In this document: positions 22,901 through 33,800 of the stretch, piece after piece | Numbering within the stretch: the stretch's first letter is position 1 | Layout of the letters: the number at the start of each line of letters is the position of its first letter | Source of the DNA: Ranitomeya imitator | Lineage: Eukaryota | Assembly (NCBI RefSeq): GCF_032444005.1 | Contig: NC_091289.1 | Location: 55,676,001 to 55,740,000 of the forward strand | DNA length: 64,000 bases | Direction: 5' to 3' | The notes under the pieces: generated by a model | Told to the model about the DNA's origin: nothing | Seen by the model: the letters and a program-made list of their open reading frames with translations, nothing else | Database searches by the model: none | Position numbers and translations under genes: made by a program

Positions 22901-25900
22901 CTGCAACCTTCTCCTCCTCCTTCTCCTCTGGTCCGTCGGTCTGCAACGTCCTCCTCTTCCGGTCCGTCAGTCTACGACCTCCTCTTCCTCCTTGTCCTCC
23001 GGTCCCTCGGTCTGAGACCTTCTTCTCCTCTGGTCCGTCGGGCTGCAAACTCCTCCTTCTCTGGTCCATCGTTCTGAAATCTTCTCGTCCATTGGTCTGC
23101 AACCTCCTCCTCCATTCTGTCAGCCTGCGACCTCCTCCTTCTACTCCAGTCCATCAGTCCTTGACCTCCTCCAGTCCGCGGGTCTGCGACCTCCTCCTCC
23201 GGTCTGTTGGTCTGCGACCTTCTTCTCCTCTAATCCGTGACCTCCCCCGGTACGTCTTTCTGCGACCTCCTCCTCCTTTTCCTCTGGTCCATCATTCTGC
23301 AATCTCCTCGTCCGTCGTTCTGCAATCTCCTCGTCCGTTGGTCTGCAACTGTCTCCTGCAGTTTGTCTACTCGGTCCGTCAGTCTTCAACCTACTCCGAT
23401 CCATCGGTCTGCGACCTTCTCCAGTCCCCCGGTCTGTAACCTCCTCCTTTTCCTTCTCCTCCATCCCGTCCGACGGTCTGCGACCTCCTTCTCCGATCTG
23501 TCGGTCTGCGACCTCCTTCTCCTCCAGTCCGTCTGTTTGCAAACTCCTGCGGTCCGCCGGTCTGCGACCTCCTCGTCCTCCTTCTCTTCTGGTCCATTGG
23601 TCTGCGGCCTCCTCTTCCGGGCCATCGGTCTACGACCTCCTCCTTCTCTGCTCCATCAGTCTGCAATCTCCTCCTCCTCTGGTCCGCCAGTCTGTGACAT
23701 CCTTCTCTGGTCCGTTGGTCTGCGATCTCCTCCTCCTCCAGTCCGTCGTTCTGCAATCTCCTTGTCCGTCGTTCTGCAATCTCCTCGTCCGTCGTTCTGC
23801 AATCTCCTCTTCCATCAGTCTGCAACCTCCTCTTCCAGTCCGTAGATCTGCGACCACTTCCTCCTCCGGTCCGTCGATTTGCGATCTCCTTCTCCTCCAG
23901 TCCGTTGGTCTGTGACCTCCTCCACCTCCTTCATCTCCGGTTTGTCGTTATGCAATCTCCTCGTCCATCGGTCTGCAACTTCCTCCTCCAGTCCGTCAAT
24001 CTGCAACCTCCTCTTCCTCCTACTCCAGTCTGACGGTCCTCAAACTCCGCCGATCTGCGACGTCCTCCTATTCCTTTCCTCTAGTCCGTAGATAGATCTG
24101 CTACCTCCTCCTTCTCTGGTCCATTGGCCTGCAATATTCTCCTCCTCCTGTCTGTCTGTCTGCATCCTCCTCTGGTCTGTCAGTCTGCGACCTCCTCTTT
24201 CTCCTCCAGTCTCTCTGTCCGCAACCTCCTCCGATCCACTGGTCTGCGACCTCCTCATCCTCCTCCTCCGGTCCGTCAGTCTACGACCTTTTCCTTCTCC
24301 TTCTCCGGTCTGTCGGTCTGCGACCTCCTCCTCTTTATCCAGTATGTCGTTCTGCAATCTCCTCGTCCGTTGGTCTGCAACCTCCTCCAGTCCATCGATC
24401 TGCGACCTCTTCCTCCTCCTTCTCTGGTCCGTCGTTCTGCAATCTTCTTTTCTGGTTCGTCAGTCTGCAACCTCTTCGTCCTCCTTCTCCTCCTGTCCAT
24501 CGGTCTGCGATCTCCTCCTCCAGTACGTCGTTCTGCGACCTCCTCCTCCTTCGGTCTATCAGTCTGTGACCTCCTCTTCCTTCTCCTTCGGTCAGCCGGT
24601 TTGCGACCTACTCCTCCTTCTCCTCTGGTTCGTCAGTCTGCGACCTCCTCCTTCTCCTCCGATCCGTCGTTTTGCAATCTCCTCCTCGTCGTTCTGCAAT
24701 CTCCTCATCCGTCGTTCTGCAATCTCCTCGTCCGTCATTCTGCAATCTCCTCGTCCGTCTTTCTGCAGCCATCTCCAGTCCGTCTACACTGGTCTGTCGT
24801 TCCTCGACCTTCTCCAGTCTGCCAGTCTGTGACCACCTCCTCCAGTCCGTCAGTCTGCAACCTCCTCCTCCTTCTCTGGTCCGTTGTTCTGCAATCTCAT
24901 TGTCCATCAGTCTGCATCCTCTTCCTTCAGTGTATCGGTCTGTGACCGCCTCCTCCGGTCCGCCGGTCTGTGACCTCCTCCTCCTGTCCGCTGGTTTCCA
25001 TCCTTCTTTCGCCGGTCTCCGACCTCCTCCTCCAGTCCGTTGGTCTTCAATCTCCTCCGATCCATTGGTCTGCAATCTCCTCCTGTCCGTCGGTCTGAGA
25101 CCTCCTTCGATCTGTCGGTCTGTAACCTTCTCCTCCGGTCCATCGGTCTGCAACCTCCTCCTCCTTCTCCTCTGGTCCGTCAGTCTGCGATCTCCTCCTC
25201 CTCCTTGTCCTCCTGTCTGTTGGTCTGCACCCTCCTCCTCCTTCGGGCCATCGGTCTGCGACCTCCTCCTCCTCATTTTCTTCCGGTCCGTCGGTCTGTG
25301 ACTTCCTCATCCTCCTTCTCCTCTGGTCCATCGGTCTGCGACCTCCTTTTTCTTCTCCGGTCCTGTCGTTCTGCAATCTCCCTGTCTGTCGGTCCTCCTC
25401 CTCCAGTCTGTAAGTCTGTGACCTTCTCCTTCTACTCCGGTCCATCAGTCCTCGACCTCCTCCTCGTTCTGCAATCTCCTCGTCCGTCGTTCTGCAATCT
25501 CCTCTTCCATCAGTCTGCAACCTCCTCCTCCAGTCCGTCGATCTGCGACCACTTCCTCCTCCGGTCCGTCGATTTGCGATCTCCTTCTCCTCCAGTCCGT
25601 TGGTCTGTGACCTCCTCCACCTCCTTCGTCTCCGGTTAGTCGTTATGCAATCTCCTTGTCCATCGGTCTGCAACTTCCTCCTCCACTCCGTCAATCTGCA
25701 ACCTCCTCTTCCTCCTACTCCAGTCTGACGGTCCTCAAACTCCGCCGATCTGCGACGTCCTCCTATTCCTTTCCTCTAGTCCGTAGATAGATCTGCTACC
25801 TCCTCTTTCTCTGGTCCATTGGCCTGCAATATTCTCCTCCTCCTGTCTGTCTGTCTGCATCCTCCTCCTCTGGTCTGTCAGTCTGCAACCTCCTCTTTCT

Positions 25901-27040
25901 CCTCCAGTCTCTCTGTCCGCAACCTCCTCCGGTCCACTGGTCTGCGACCTCCTCATCCTCCTCCTCCTGTCCGTCAGTCTATGACCTTTTCCTTCTCCTT
26001 CTCCGGTCTGTCGGTCTGCGACCTCCTCCTCTTTATCCAGTATGTTGTTCTGCAATCTCCTCGTCCGTTGGTCTACAACCTCCTCCAGTCCATCGATCTG
26101 CGACCTCTTCCTCCTCCTTCTCTGGTCCGTCATTCTGCAATCTTCTTTTCTGGTTCGTCAGTCTGCAACCTCTTCGTCCTCCTTCTCCTCCTGTCCGTCG
26201 GTCTGCGATCTCCTCCTCCAGTACGTCGTTCTGCGACCTCCTCCTCCTTCGGTCCATCAGTCTGTGACCTCCTCTTCCTTCTCCTCCGGTCAGCTGGTTT
26301 GCGACCTATTCCTCCTTCTCCTCCGGTGTGTCTGTCTGCGACCTCCTCCTTCTCCTCCGATCCGTCGTTTTGCAATCTCCTCGTCGTCGTTCTGCAATCT
26401 CCTCATCCGTCGTTCTGCAATCTCCTCGTCCGTCATTCTGCAATCTCCTCGTCCGTCTTTCTGCAACCATCTCCTCCAGTCCGTCTACACTGGTCTGTCG
26501 TTCCTCGACCTTCTCCAGTCCGCCAGTCTGTGACCACCTCCTCCAGTCCGTCAGTCTGCAACCTCCTCCTCCTTCTCTGGTCCGTCGTTCTGCAATCTCC
26601 TTGTCCATCAGTCTGCATCCTCTTCCTTCAGTGTATCGGTCTGTGACCGCCTCCTTCGGTCTGCCGGTCTGTGACCTCCTCCTCCTGTCCGCTGGTTTCC
26701 ATCCTCCTTCGCCGGTCTCCGACCTCCTCCTCCAGTCCGTTGGTCTGCAATCTCCTCCGATCCATTGGTCTGCAATCTCCTCCAGTCCGTCGGTCTGAGA
26801 CCTCCTTCGATCTGTCAGTCTGTAACCTTCTCCTCCGGTCCATCGGTCTGCAACCTCCTCCTCCATCTCCTCTGGTCCGTCAGTCTGCGATCTCCTCCTC
26901 CTCCTTGTCCTCCTGTCTGTTGGTCTGCACCCTCCTCCTCCTTCGGGCCATCGGTCTGCGACCTCCTCCTCATTTTCCTCCGGTCCGTCGGTCTGTGACT
27001 TCCTCATCCTCCTTCTCCTCTGGTCCATCGGTCTGCGACC

Positions 27041-30000
27041 TGTCATGATTCCAATGGCAGGGAATCACAAAAGGACAAGCACCAACGAGCTCTAGGGTGA
27101 TGGAACCTGAGCTGACCGCGACCCTAAACCTGAACACACAAATAACAATAGCCGGGGAACGTGCCTACGTTGATCCTAGACGTCTCGCACCAGCCGAAGA
27201 TCTAACTTCCCCTATTAGAAGAAACACAGACCTCTCTTGCCTCCAGAGAAATACCCCACAGAAATAGCAGCCCCCCACATATAATGACGGTGAAATGAGA
27301 GGAAGGCACATACACAGTATGAAATCACATTCAGCAAAATGAGGCCCGCTAAAACTAGATAGCAGAGGATACAAAAGTAAACTGCGCGGTCAGCAAAAAA
27401 CCCTTCAAAAAACCATCCTGTAATTACTTGAACTCATGTTCCAACTCATGGAACATGAGGAGCAATTACAGCCCGCTAGAGCAACCAGCAGCAAAGAAAC
27501 AATTATATGCAAGCTGGACAAGACAAAAATAAATCAAAACGTGGAACAAGAAAATCAAAAACTTAGCTTGTCCTGAAGATTACTGAAGCCAGAAGCTGAG
27601 GTAACAAAACACTCTGATAACCTTGATAGCCGGCGGGGAAATGACAAGAAAGCCCGGTTAAATAGGAAACTCCCAAATCCTAATAGAACAGGTGGACACC
27701 AGAGACAGCAGAACACAAATCACCCAGTACCATCAGTAACCACCAGAGGGAGCCCAAAAACAGAACTCACAACTGTACCCCCCCCTTGAGGAGGGGTCAC
27801 CGAACCCTCACGAGAACCACCAGGGCGACCAGGATGAGCCCTATGAAAAGCGCGGACCAAATCATCAGCATGAACATCAGAGGCAACCACCCAAGAATTA
27901 TCCTCCTGACCATAACCCTTCCACTTGACCAAATATTGGAGTTTCCGTCTGGAAACACGAGAATCCAAGATCTTCTCCACAACATACTCCAATTCTCCCT
28001 CCACCAGCACCGGAGCAGGAGGCTCAGGCGAAGGAACAACAGGTACCTCATACCTCCGCAACAACGACCGATGGAACACATTATGAATAGCAAACGATGC
28101 CGGGAGATCCAAACGAAACGACACAGGGTTAAGAATTTCCAAGATCCTATAAGGACCGATGAACCGAGGCTTGAACTTAGGAGAAGAGACCTTCATAGGA
28201 ACAAAACAAGAAGACAACCACACCAAGTCCCCAACACGAAGTCGAGGACCCACGCGGCGAAGGCGATTAGCAAACTGCTGAGCCTTCTCCTGGGACAACT
28301 TCAAATTGTCCACCACATGACTCCAAATCTGATGCAACCTATCCACCACCATGTCCACTCCAGGACAATCAGAAGGCTCCACCTGACCAGAGGAAAAACG
28401 AGGATGAAACCCCGAATTACAAAAGAAAGGAGAAACCAAGGTAGCAGAACTAGCCCGATTATTAAGGGCAAACTCGGCCAGCGGCAAAAAGGTAACCCAG
28501 TCATCCTGATCAGCAGAAACAAAACACCTCAAATAAGTTTCCAAGGTCTGATTAGTTCGCTCCGTCTGGCCATTCGTCTGAGGGTGGAATGCAGACGAAA
28601 AGGACAAATCAATGCCCATCTTAGCACAGAACGTCCGCCAAAATCTAGACACAAACTGGGATCCCCTGTCAGAAACGATGTTCTCCGGAATCCCATGCAA
28701 ACGAACCACGTTCTGGAAAAACAGAGGGACCAACTCAGAGGAGAAAGGCAACTTAGGCAAGGGTACAAGATGAACCATTTTAGAAAAGCGGTCACACACA
28801 ACCCAGATGACGGACATTTTTTGAGAGACAGGGAGATCCGAAATAAAGTCCATGGAAATGTGCGTCCAAGGCCTCTTCGGGATAGGCAAAGGTGACAACA
28901 ATCCACTGGCTCGAGAACAGCAAGGCTTAGCCCGAGCACAAACCTCACAAGACTGCACAAAAGAACGCACATCCCTAGACAAGGAAGGCCACCAAAAAGA
29001 CCTGGCCACCAAGTCTCTAGTACCAAATATTCCAGGATGACCTGCCAACGCAGAAGAATGGACCTCAGAGATGACTCTACTGGTCCAGCTATCCGGAACA
29101 AACAGTCTCTCAGGCGGACAACGATCAGGTTTACCCGCCTGAAACTCCTGCAAAGCACGTCGCAAGTCTGGGAAGACGGCCGACAAAATCACCCCATCCC
29201 TAAGGATACCAGTGGGCTCAGAATTTCCAGGGGAGTCAGGCACAAAACTCCTAGAAAGAGCATCCGCCTTCACATTCTTTGAACCTGGCAGGTATGAAAC
29301 CACAAAATTGAAACGAGAGAAAAACAGTGACCAACGAGCCTGTCTAGGATTCAGACGCCTGGCAGACTCATTCAGACCCGTAGGCGCAGGGAACCCCACC
29401 ATAACATCTTTAATGGCCTCAGAAAGGCCATCTCTGAACTTTGCAGCCAGGGCGCACTCATTCCACTGATTAAGCACTGACCATTTCCGAAATTTTTGAC
29501 AATATATTTCTGCTTCATCTTGCCCCTGAGAGAGAGCTAATAAAGCTTTTTCAGCCTGAATCTCTTGGTTAGGTTCCTCATAGAGCAAACCCAATGCCAG
29601 AAAAAACGCATCCACATTAAGCAACGCAGGATCCCCTGGTGCCAATGCAAATGCCCAATTTTGAGGGTCACCCCGCAGGAAAGATATAATAATCTTAACC
29701 TGCTGAGCAGGGCCTCCAGAAGAGCGAGATTTCAAAGAAAGGAACAGCTTGCAATTGTTCCTAAAATTCAGAAAACTAGATCTATCTCCAGCAAAGAACT
29801 CTGGAATAGGAATTCTAGGTTCAGACATAGGAGCATGTACAACAAAATCTTGTATATTTTGAACCTTAGCAGCAAGATTATTCAAGCTTGAAGCTAAACT
29901 CTGGACGTCCATGATAAACAGCTAAGGTCAGAGCCATTCAAGGATTAAGAGGAGGAAAAAAAAAATAAAAATCAGCCAGGCTGCAATTAGGGCTAGGCAA

Positions 30001-30820
30001 CAACCTCAGAGGAGAAAAAAAAAAAAAAACTTCCTCAGACTACTTTTCCTCCTACTTCAGCCCAAACATTTTTTGGCCGGCTATACTGTCATGATTCCAA
30101 TGGCAGGAAATCACAAAAGGACAAGCACCAATGAGCTCTAGGGTGATGGAACCTGAGCTGACCGCGACCCTAAACCTGAACACACAAATAACAATAGCCG
30201 GGGAACGTGCCTACATTGATCCTAGACGTCTCGCACCAGCCGAAGATCTAACTTCCCCTATTAGAAGAAACACAGACCTCTCTTGCCTCCAGAGAAATAC
30301 CCCACAGAAATAGCAGCCCCCCACATATAATGACGGTGAAATGAGAGGAAGGCACATACACAGTATGAAATCAGATTCAGCAAAATGAGGCCTGCTAAAA
30401 CTAGATAGCAGAGGATACAAAAGTAAACTGCGCGGTCAGCAAAAAACCCTTCAAAAAACCATCCTGTAATTACTTGAACTCATGTTCCAACTCATGGAAC
30501 ATGAGGAGCAATTACAGCCCGCTAGAGCAACCAGCAGCAAAGAAACAATTATATGCAAGCTGGACAAGACAAAAATAAATCAAAACGTGGAACAAGAAAA
30601 TCAAAAACTTAGCTTGTCCTGAAGATTACTGAAGCCAGAAGCTGAGGTAACAAAACACTCTGATAACCTTGATAGCCGGCGGGGAAATGACAAGAAAGCC
30701 CCGTTAAATAGGAAACTCCCAAATCCTAATAGAACAGGTGGACACCAGAGACAGCAGAACACAAATCACCCAGTACCATCAGTAACCACCAGAGGGAGCC
30801 CAAAAACAGAATTCACAACA
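27041..30820 (-). mobile_element. Internally deleted copy of the same chromovirus, element C
   Basis: 734-bp LTRs at 27041-27774 and 30087-30820, with about 8 mismatches seen. TSD GCGACC. PBS at 30076-30084 and PPT intact. A 1923-bp deletion relative to B occurs at a 7-bp microhomology, AGACTCA (29364-29370). Confidence 0.97.
27720..29912 (-). CDS. In-frame Gag(N-terminal/capsid)-integrase-chromodomain fusion, 730 aa
   Basis: Open frame with junction GLNES|ARRLNPRQ; 1371 minus 641 codons equals 730. Complete HHCC, D,D(35)E, GPY/F and chromodomain. Lacks the CCHC knuckle, protease, RT and most of RNase H. Expression is unknown. Confidence 0.8.
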   Translation of the reverse strand: MDVQSLASSLNNLAAKVQNIQDFVVHAPMSEPRIPIPEFFAGDRSSFLNFRNNCKLFLSLKSRSSGGPAQQVKIIISFLRGDPQNWAFALAPGDPALLNVDAFFLALGLLYEEPNQEIQAEKALLALSQGQDEAEIYCQKFRKWSVLNQWNECALAAKFRDGLSEAIKDVMVGFPAPTGLNESARRLNPRQARWSLFFSRFNFVVSYLPGSKNVKADALSRSFVPDSPGNSEPTGILRDGVILSAVFPDLRRALQEFQAGKPDRCPPERLFVPDSWTSRVISEVHSSALAGHPGIFGTRDLVARSFWWPSLSRDVRSFVQSCEVCARAKPCCSRASGLLSPLPIPKRPWTHISMDFISDLPVSQKMSVIWVVCDRFSKMVHLVPLPKLPFSSELVPLFFQNVVRLHGIPENIVSDRGSQFVSRFWRTFCAKMGIDLSFSSAFHPQTNGQTERTNQTLETYLRCFVSADQDDWVTFLPLAEFALNNRASSATLVSPFFCNSGFHPRFSSGQVEPSDCPGVDMVVDRLHQIWSHVVDNLKLSQEKAQQFANRLRRVGPRLRVGDLVWLSSCFVPMKVSSPKFKPRFIGPYRILEILNPVSFRLDLPASFAIHNVFHRSLLRRYEVPVVPSPEPPAPVLVEGELEYVVEKILDSRVSRRKLQYLVKWKGYGQEDNSWVVASDVHADDLVRAFHRAHPGRPGGSREGSVTPPQGGGTVVSSVFGLPLVVTDGTG

Positions 30821-33800
30821 GCGACCTCCTTTTTCTTCTCCGGTGCTGTTGTTCTGCAATCTCCCTGTCTGTCGGTCCTCCTCCTCCAGTCTGTAGGTCT
30901 GTGACCTTCTCCTTCTACTCCGGTCCATCAGTCCTCGACCTCCTCCTCGTTCTGCAATCTCCTCGTCCGTCGTTCTGCAATCTCCTCTTCCATCAGTCTG
31001 CAACCTCCTCCTCCAGTCCGTCGATCTGCGACCACTTCCTCCTCCGGTCCGTCGATTTGCGATCTCCTTCTCCTCCAGTCCGTTGGTCTGTGACCTCCTC
31101 CACCTCCTTCGTCTCCGGTTTGTCGTTATGCAATCTCCTCGTCCATCGGTCTGCAACTTCCTCCTCCAGTCCGACAATCTGCAACCTCCTCTTCCTCCTA
31201 CTCCAGTCTGACGGTCCTCAAACTCCGCCGATCTGCGACGTCCTCCTATTCCTTTCCTCTAGTCCGTAGATAGATCTGCTACCTCCTCTTTCTCTGGTCC
31301 ATTGGCCTGCAATATTCTCCTCCTCCTGTCTGTCTGTCTGCATCCTCCTCCTCTGGTCTGTCAGTCTGCGACCTCCTCTTTCTCCTCCAGTCTCTCTGTC
31401 CGCAACCTCCTCCGGTCCACTGGTCTGCGACCTCCTCATCCTCCTCCTCCGATCCGTCAGTCTACGACCTTTTCCTTCTCCTTCTCCGGTCTGTCGGTCT
31501 GCGACCTCCTCCTCTTTATCCAGTAAGTTGTTCTGCAATCTCCTCGTCCGTTGGTCTACAACCTCCTCCAGTCCATCGATCTGCGACCTCTTCCTCCTCC
31601 TTCTCTGGTCCGTCGTTCTGCAATCTTCTTTTCTGGTTCGTCAGTCTGCAACCTCTTCGTCCTCCTTCTCCTCCTGTCCGTCGGTCTGCGATCTCCTCCT
31701 CCAGTACGTCGTTCTGCGACCTCCTCCTCCTTCGGTCCATCAGTCTGTGACCTCTTCCTTCTCCTCCGGTCAGCTGGTTTGCGACCTATTCCTCCTTCTC
31801 CTCCGGTGTGTCTGTCTGCGACCTCCTCCTTCTCCTCCGATCCGTCGTTTTGCAATCTCCTCGTCGTCGTTCTGCAATCTCCACATCCGTCGTTCTGCAA
31901 TCTCCTCGTCCGTCATTCTGCAATCTCCTCGTCCGTCTTTCTGCAACCATCTCCTCCAGTCCGTCTACACTGGTCTGTCGTTCCTCGACCTTCTCCAGTC
32001 CGCCAGTCTGTGACCACCTCCTCCAGTCCGTCAGTCTGCAACCTCCTCCTCCTTCTCTGGTCCGTCGTTCTGCAATCTCCTTGTCAATCAGTCTGCATCC
32101 TCTTCCTTCAGTGTATCGGTCTGTGACCGCCTCCTCCGGTCCGCCGGTCTGTGACCTCCTCCTCCTGTCCGCTGGTTTCCATCCTCCTTCGCCGGTCTCC
32201 GACCTCCTCCTCCAGTCCGTTGGTCTGCAATCTCCTCCGATCCATTGGTCTGCAATCTCCTCCAGTCCGTCGGTCTGAGACCTCCTTCGATCTGTCAGTC
32301 TGTAACCTTCTCCTCCGGTCCATCGGTCTGCAACCTCCTCCTCCTTCTCCTCTGGTCCGTCAGTCTGCGATCTCCTCCTCCTCCTTGTCCTCCTGTCTGT
32401 TGGTCTGCACCCTCCTCCTCCTTCGGGCCATCGGTCTGTGACCTCCTCCTCCTCATTTTCCTCCGGTCCGTCGGTCTGTGACTTCCTCATCCTCCTTCTC
32501 CTCTGGTCCATCGGTCTGCGACCTCCTTTTTCTTCTCCGGTCCTGTTGTTCTGCAATCTCCCTGTCTGTCGGTCCTCCTCCTCCAGTCTGTAGGTCTGTG
32601 ACCTTCTCCTTCTACTCCGGTCCATCAGTCCTCGACCTCGTCGAGTCAGCCTGTCTGCGACCTCCTCCTCCGGTCTGTCGGTCTGCAACCTCCTCCTCCG
32701 ATCTGTTGGTCTACAATCTTCTCCTCCAGTCCATCGGTCTGAGACATCCTCCGGTCCGTCGGTCTGTAACCTTCTCCTCCAATCCGTCGGTCTGCAACCT
32801 CCTCCTTCTCCTCTCGTCCGTCGGTTTGCAATCTCCTCTTCCTCCTTCTCCTCCGGTCCGTCAGTCTGCAACCTCCTCCTTCGATCCATCGGTCTGTGAC
32901 CTTCTCTTCCTCCTTCTCCTCTGGTGCATCAGTCTGCGACCTCCTTTTCCTTCTCTGGTCCTGTCGTTCTGCAATCTCCTCGTCCGTCGGTCTGCAATCT
33001 CCTCCTTCTCCAGTCTGTCGGTCTGCGACCTCCTCCTCCTTCTACTCTGGTAAGTCCTCGACCTCCTCTAGTCAGCCGGTCTGCGACCTCCTCCAGTCTG
33101 TCGGTCTGTGACCTTCTTCTCCTCTAGTCCGTGACATCCTCCAGTACATTGTTCTGCGACCTCCTCCTTTTCCTCCGGTCCGTCATTCTGCAATCTCCTT
33201 GTCTGTCGTTCTGCAATCTCCTCGTCCGTCATTCTGCAATCTCCTCATCTGTCATTCTGCAATCTCCTCGTCCGTCGTTCTGCAATCTCCTTGTCTGTCA
33301 TTCTGCAATCTCCTGGTCCATTGATCTGCAATCATCTCCTCCAGTCGGCCGGTCTACGACCATCTCCTCTAGTCCGTCGGTCTGCGACCTCCTCCTTCTC
33401 TGGTCCGTCGTTCTGCAACCTCCTAGTCCATCGGTCTGCATCCTGTTCCTCCAGTCTGTCAGTCTCCAACCTCCTCCTCCAGTCTGTTGGTCTGCGATCT
33501 CCTCCGATTCGTCGGTCTGCGAACTCCTTCAGGCCGTCGGTCTGCAACATCCTCGTACTCCTCCGTTCCATCAGTCTGCAACCTCCTCCTCGCGTCCGTC
33601 TGTCTGCGACCTCCTCCTCCTGTCCGCCGGTCTCCTCCATCTACTCCGGTCTCTTGGTCCATGATCTCCTCCGGTCCGCCTATCTGCGTCCTCCACCTGT
33701 TCCTTATGACTGGGTCCGTCAGATTGCAACCTCCTCCTCTGATCCATTGATCAGCGAACTCCTCCTCCTCCAGTCCGTTGGTCTGCAATCTCCTCGTCTG

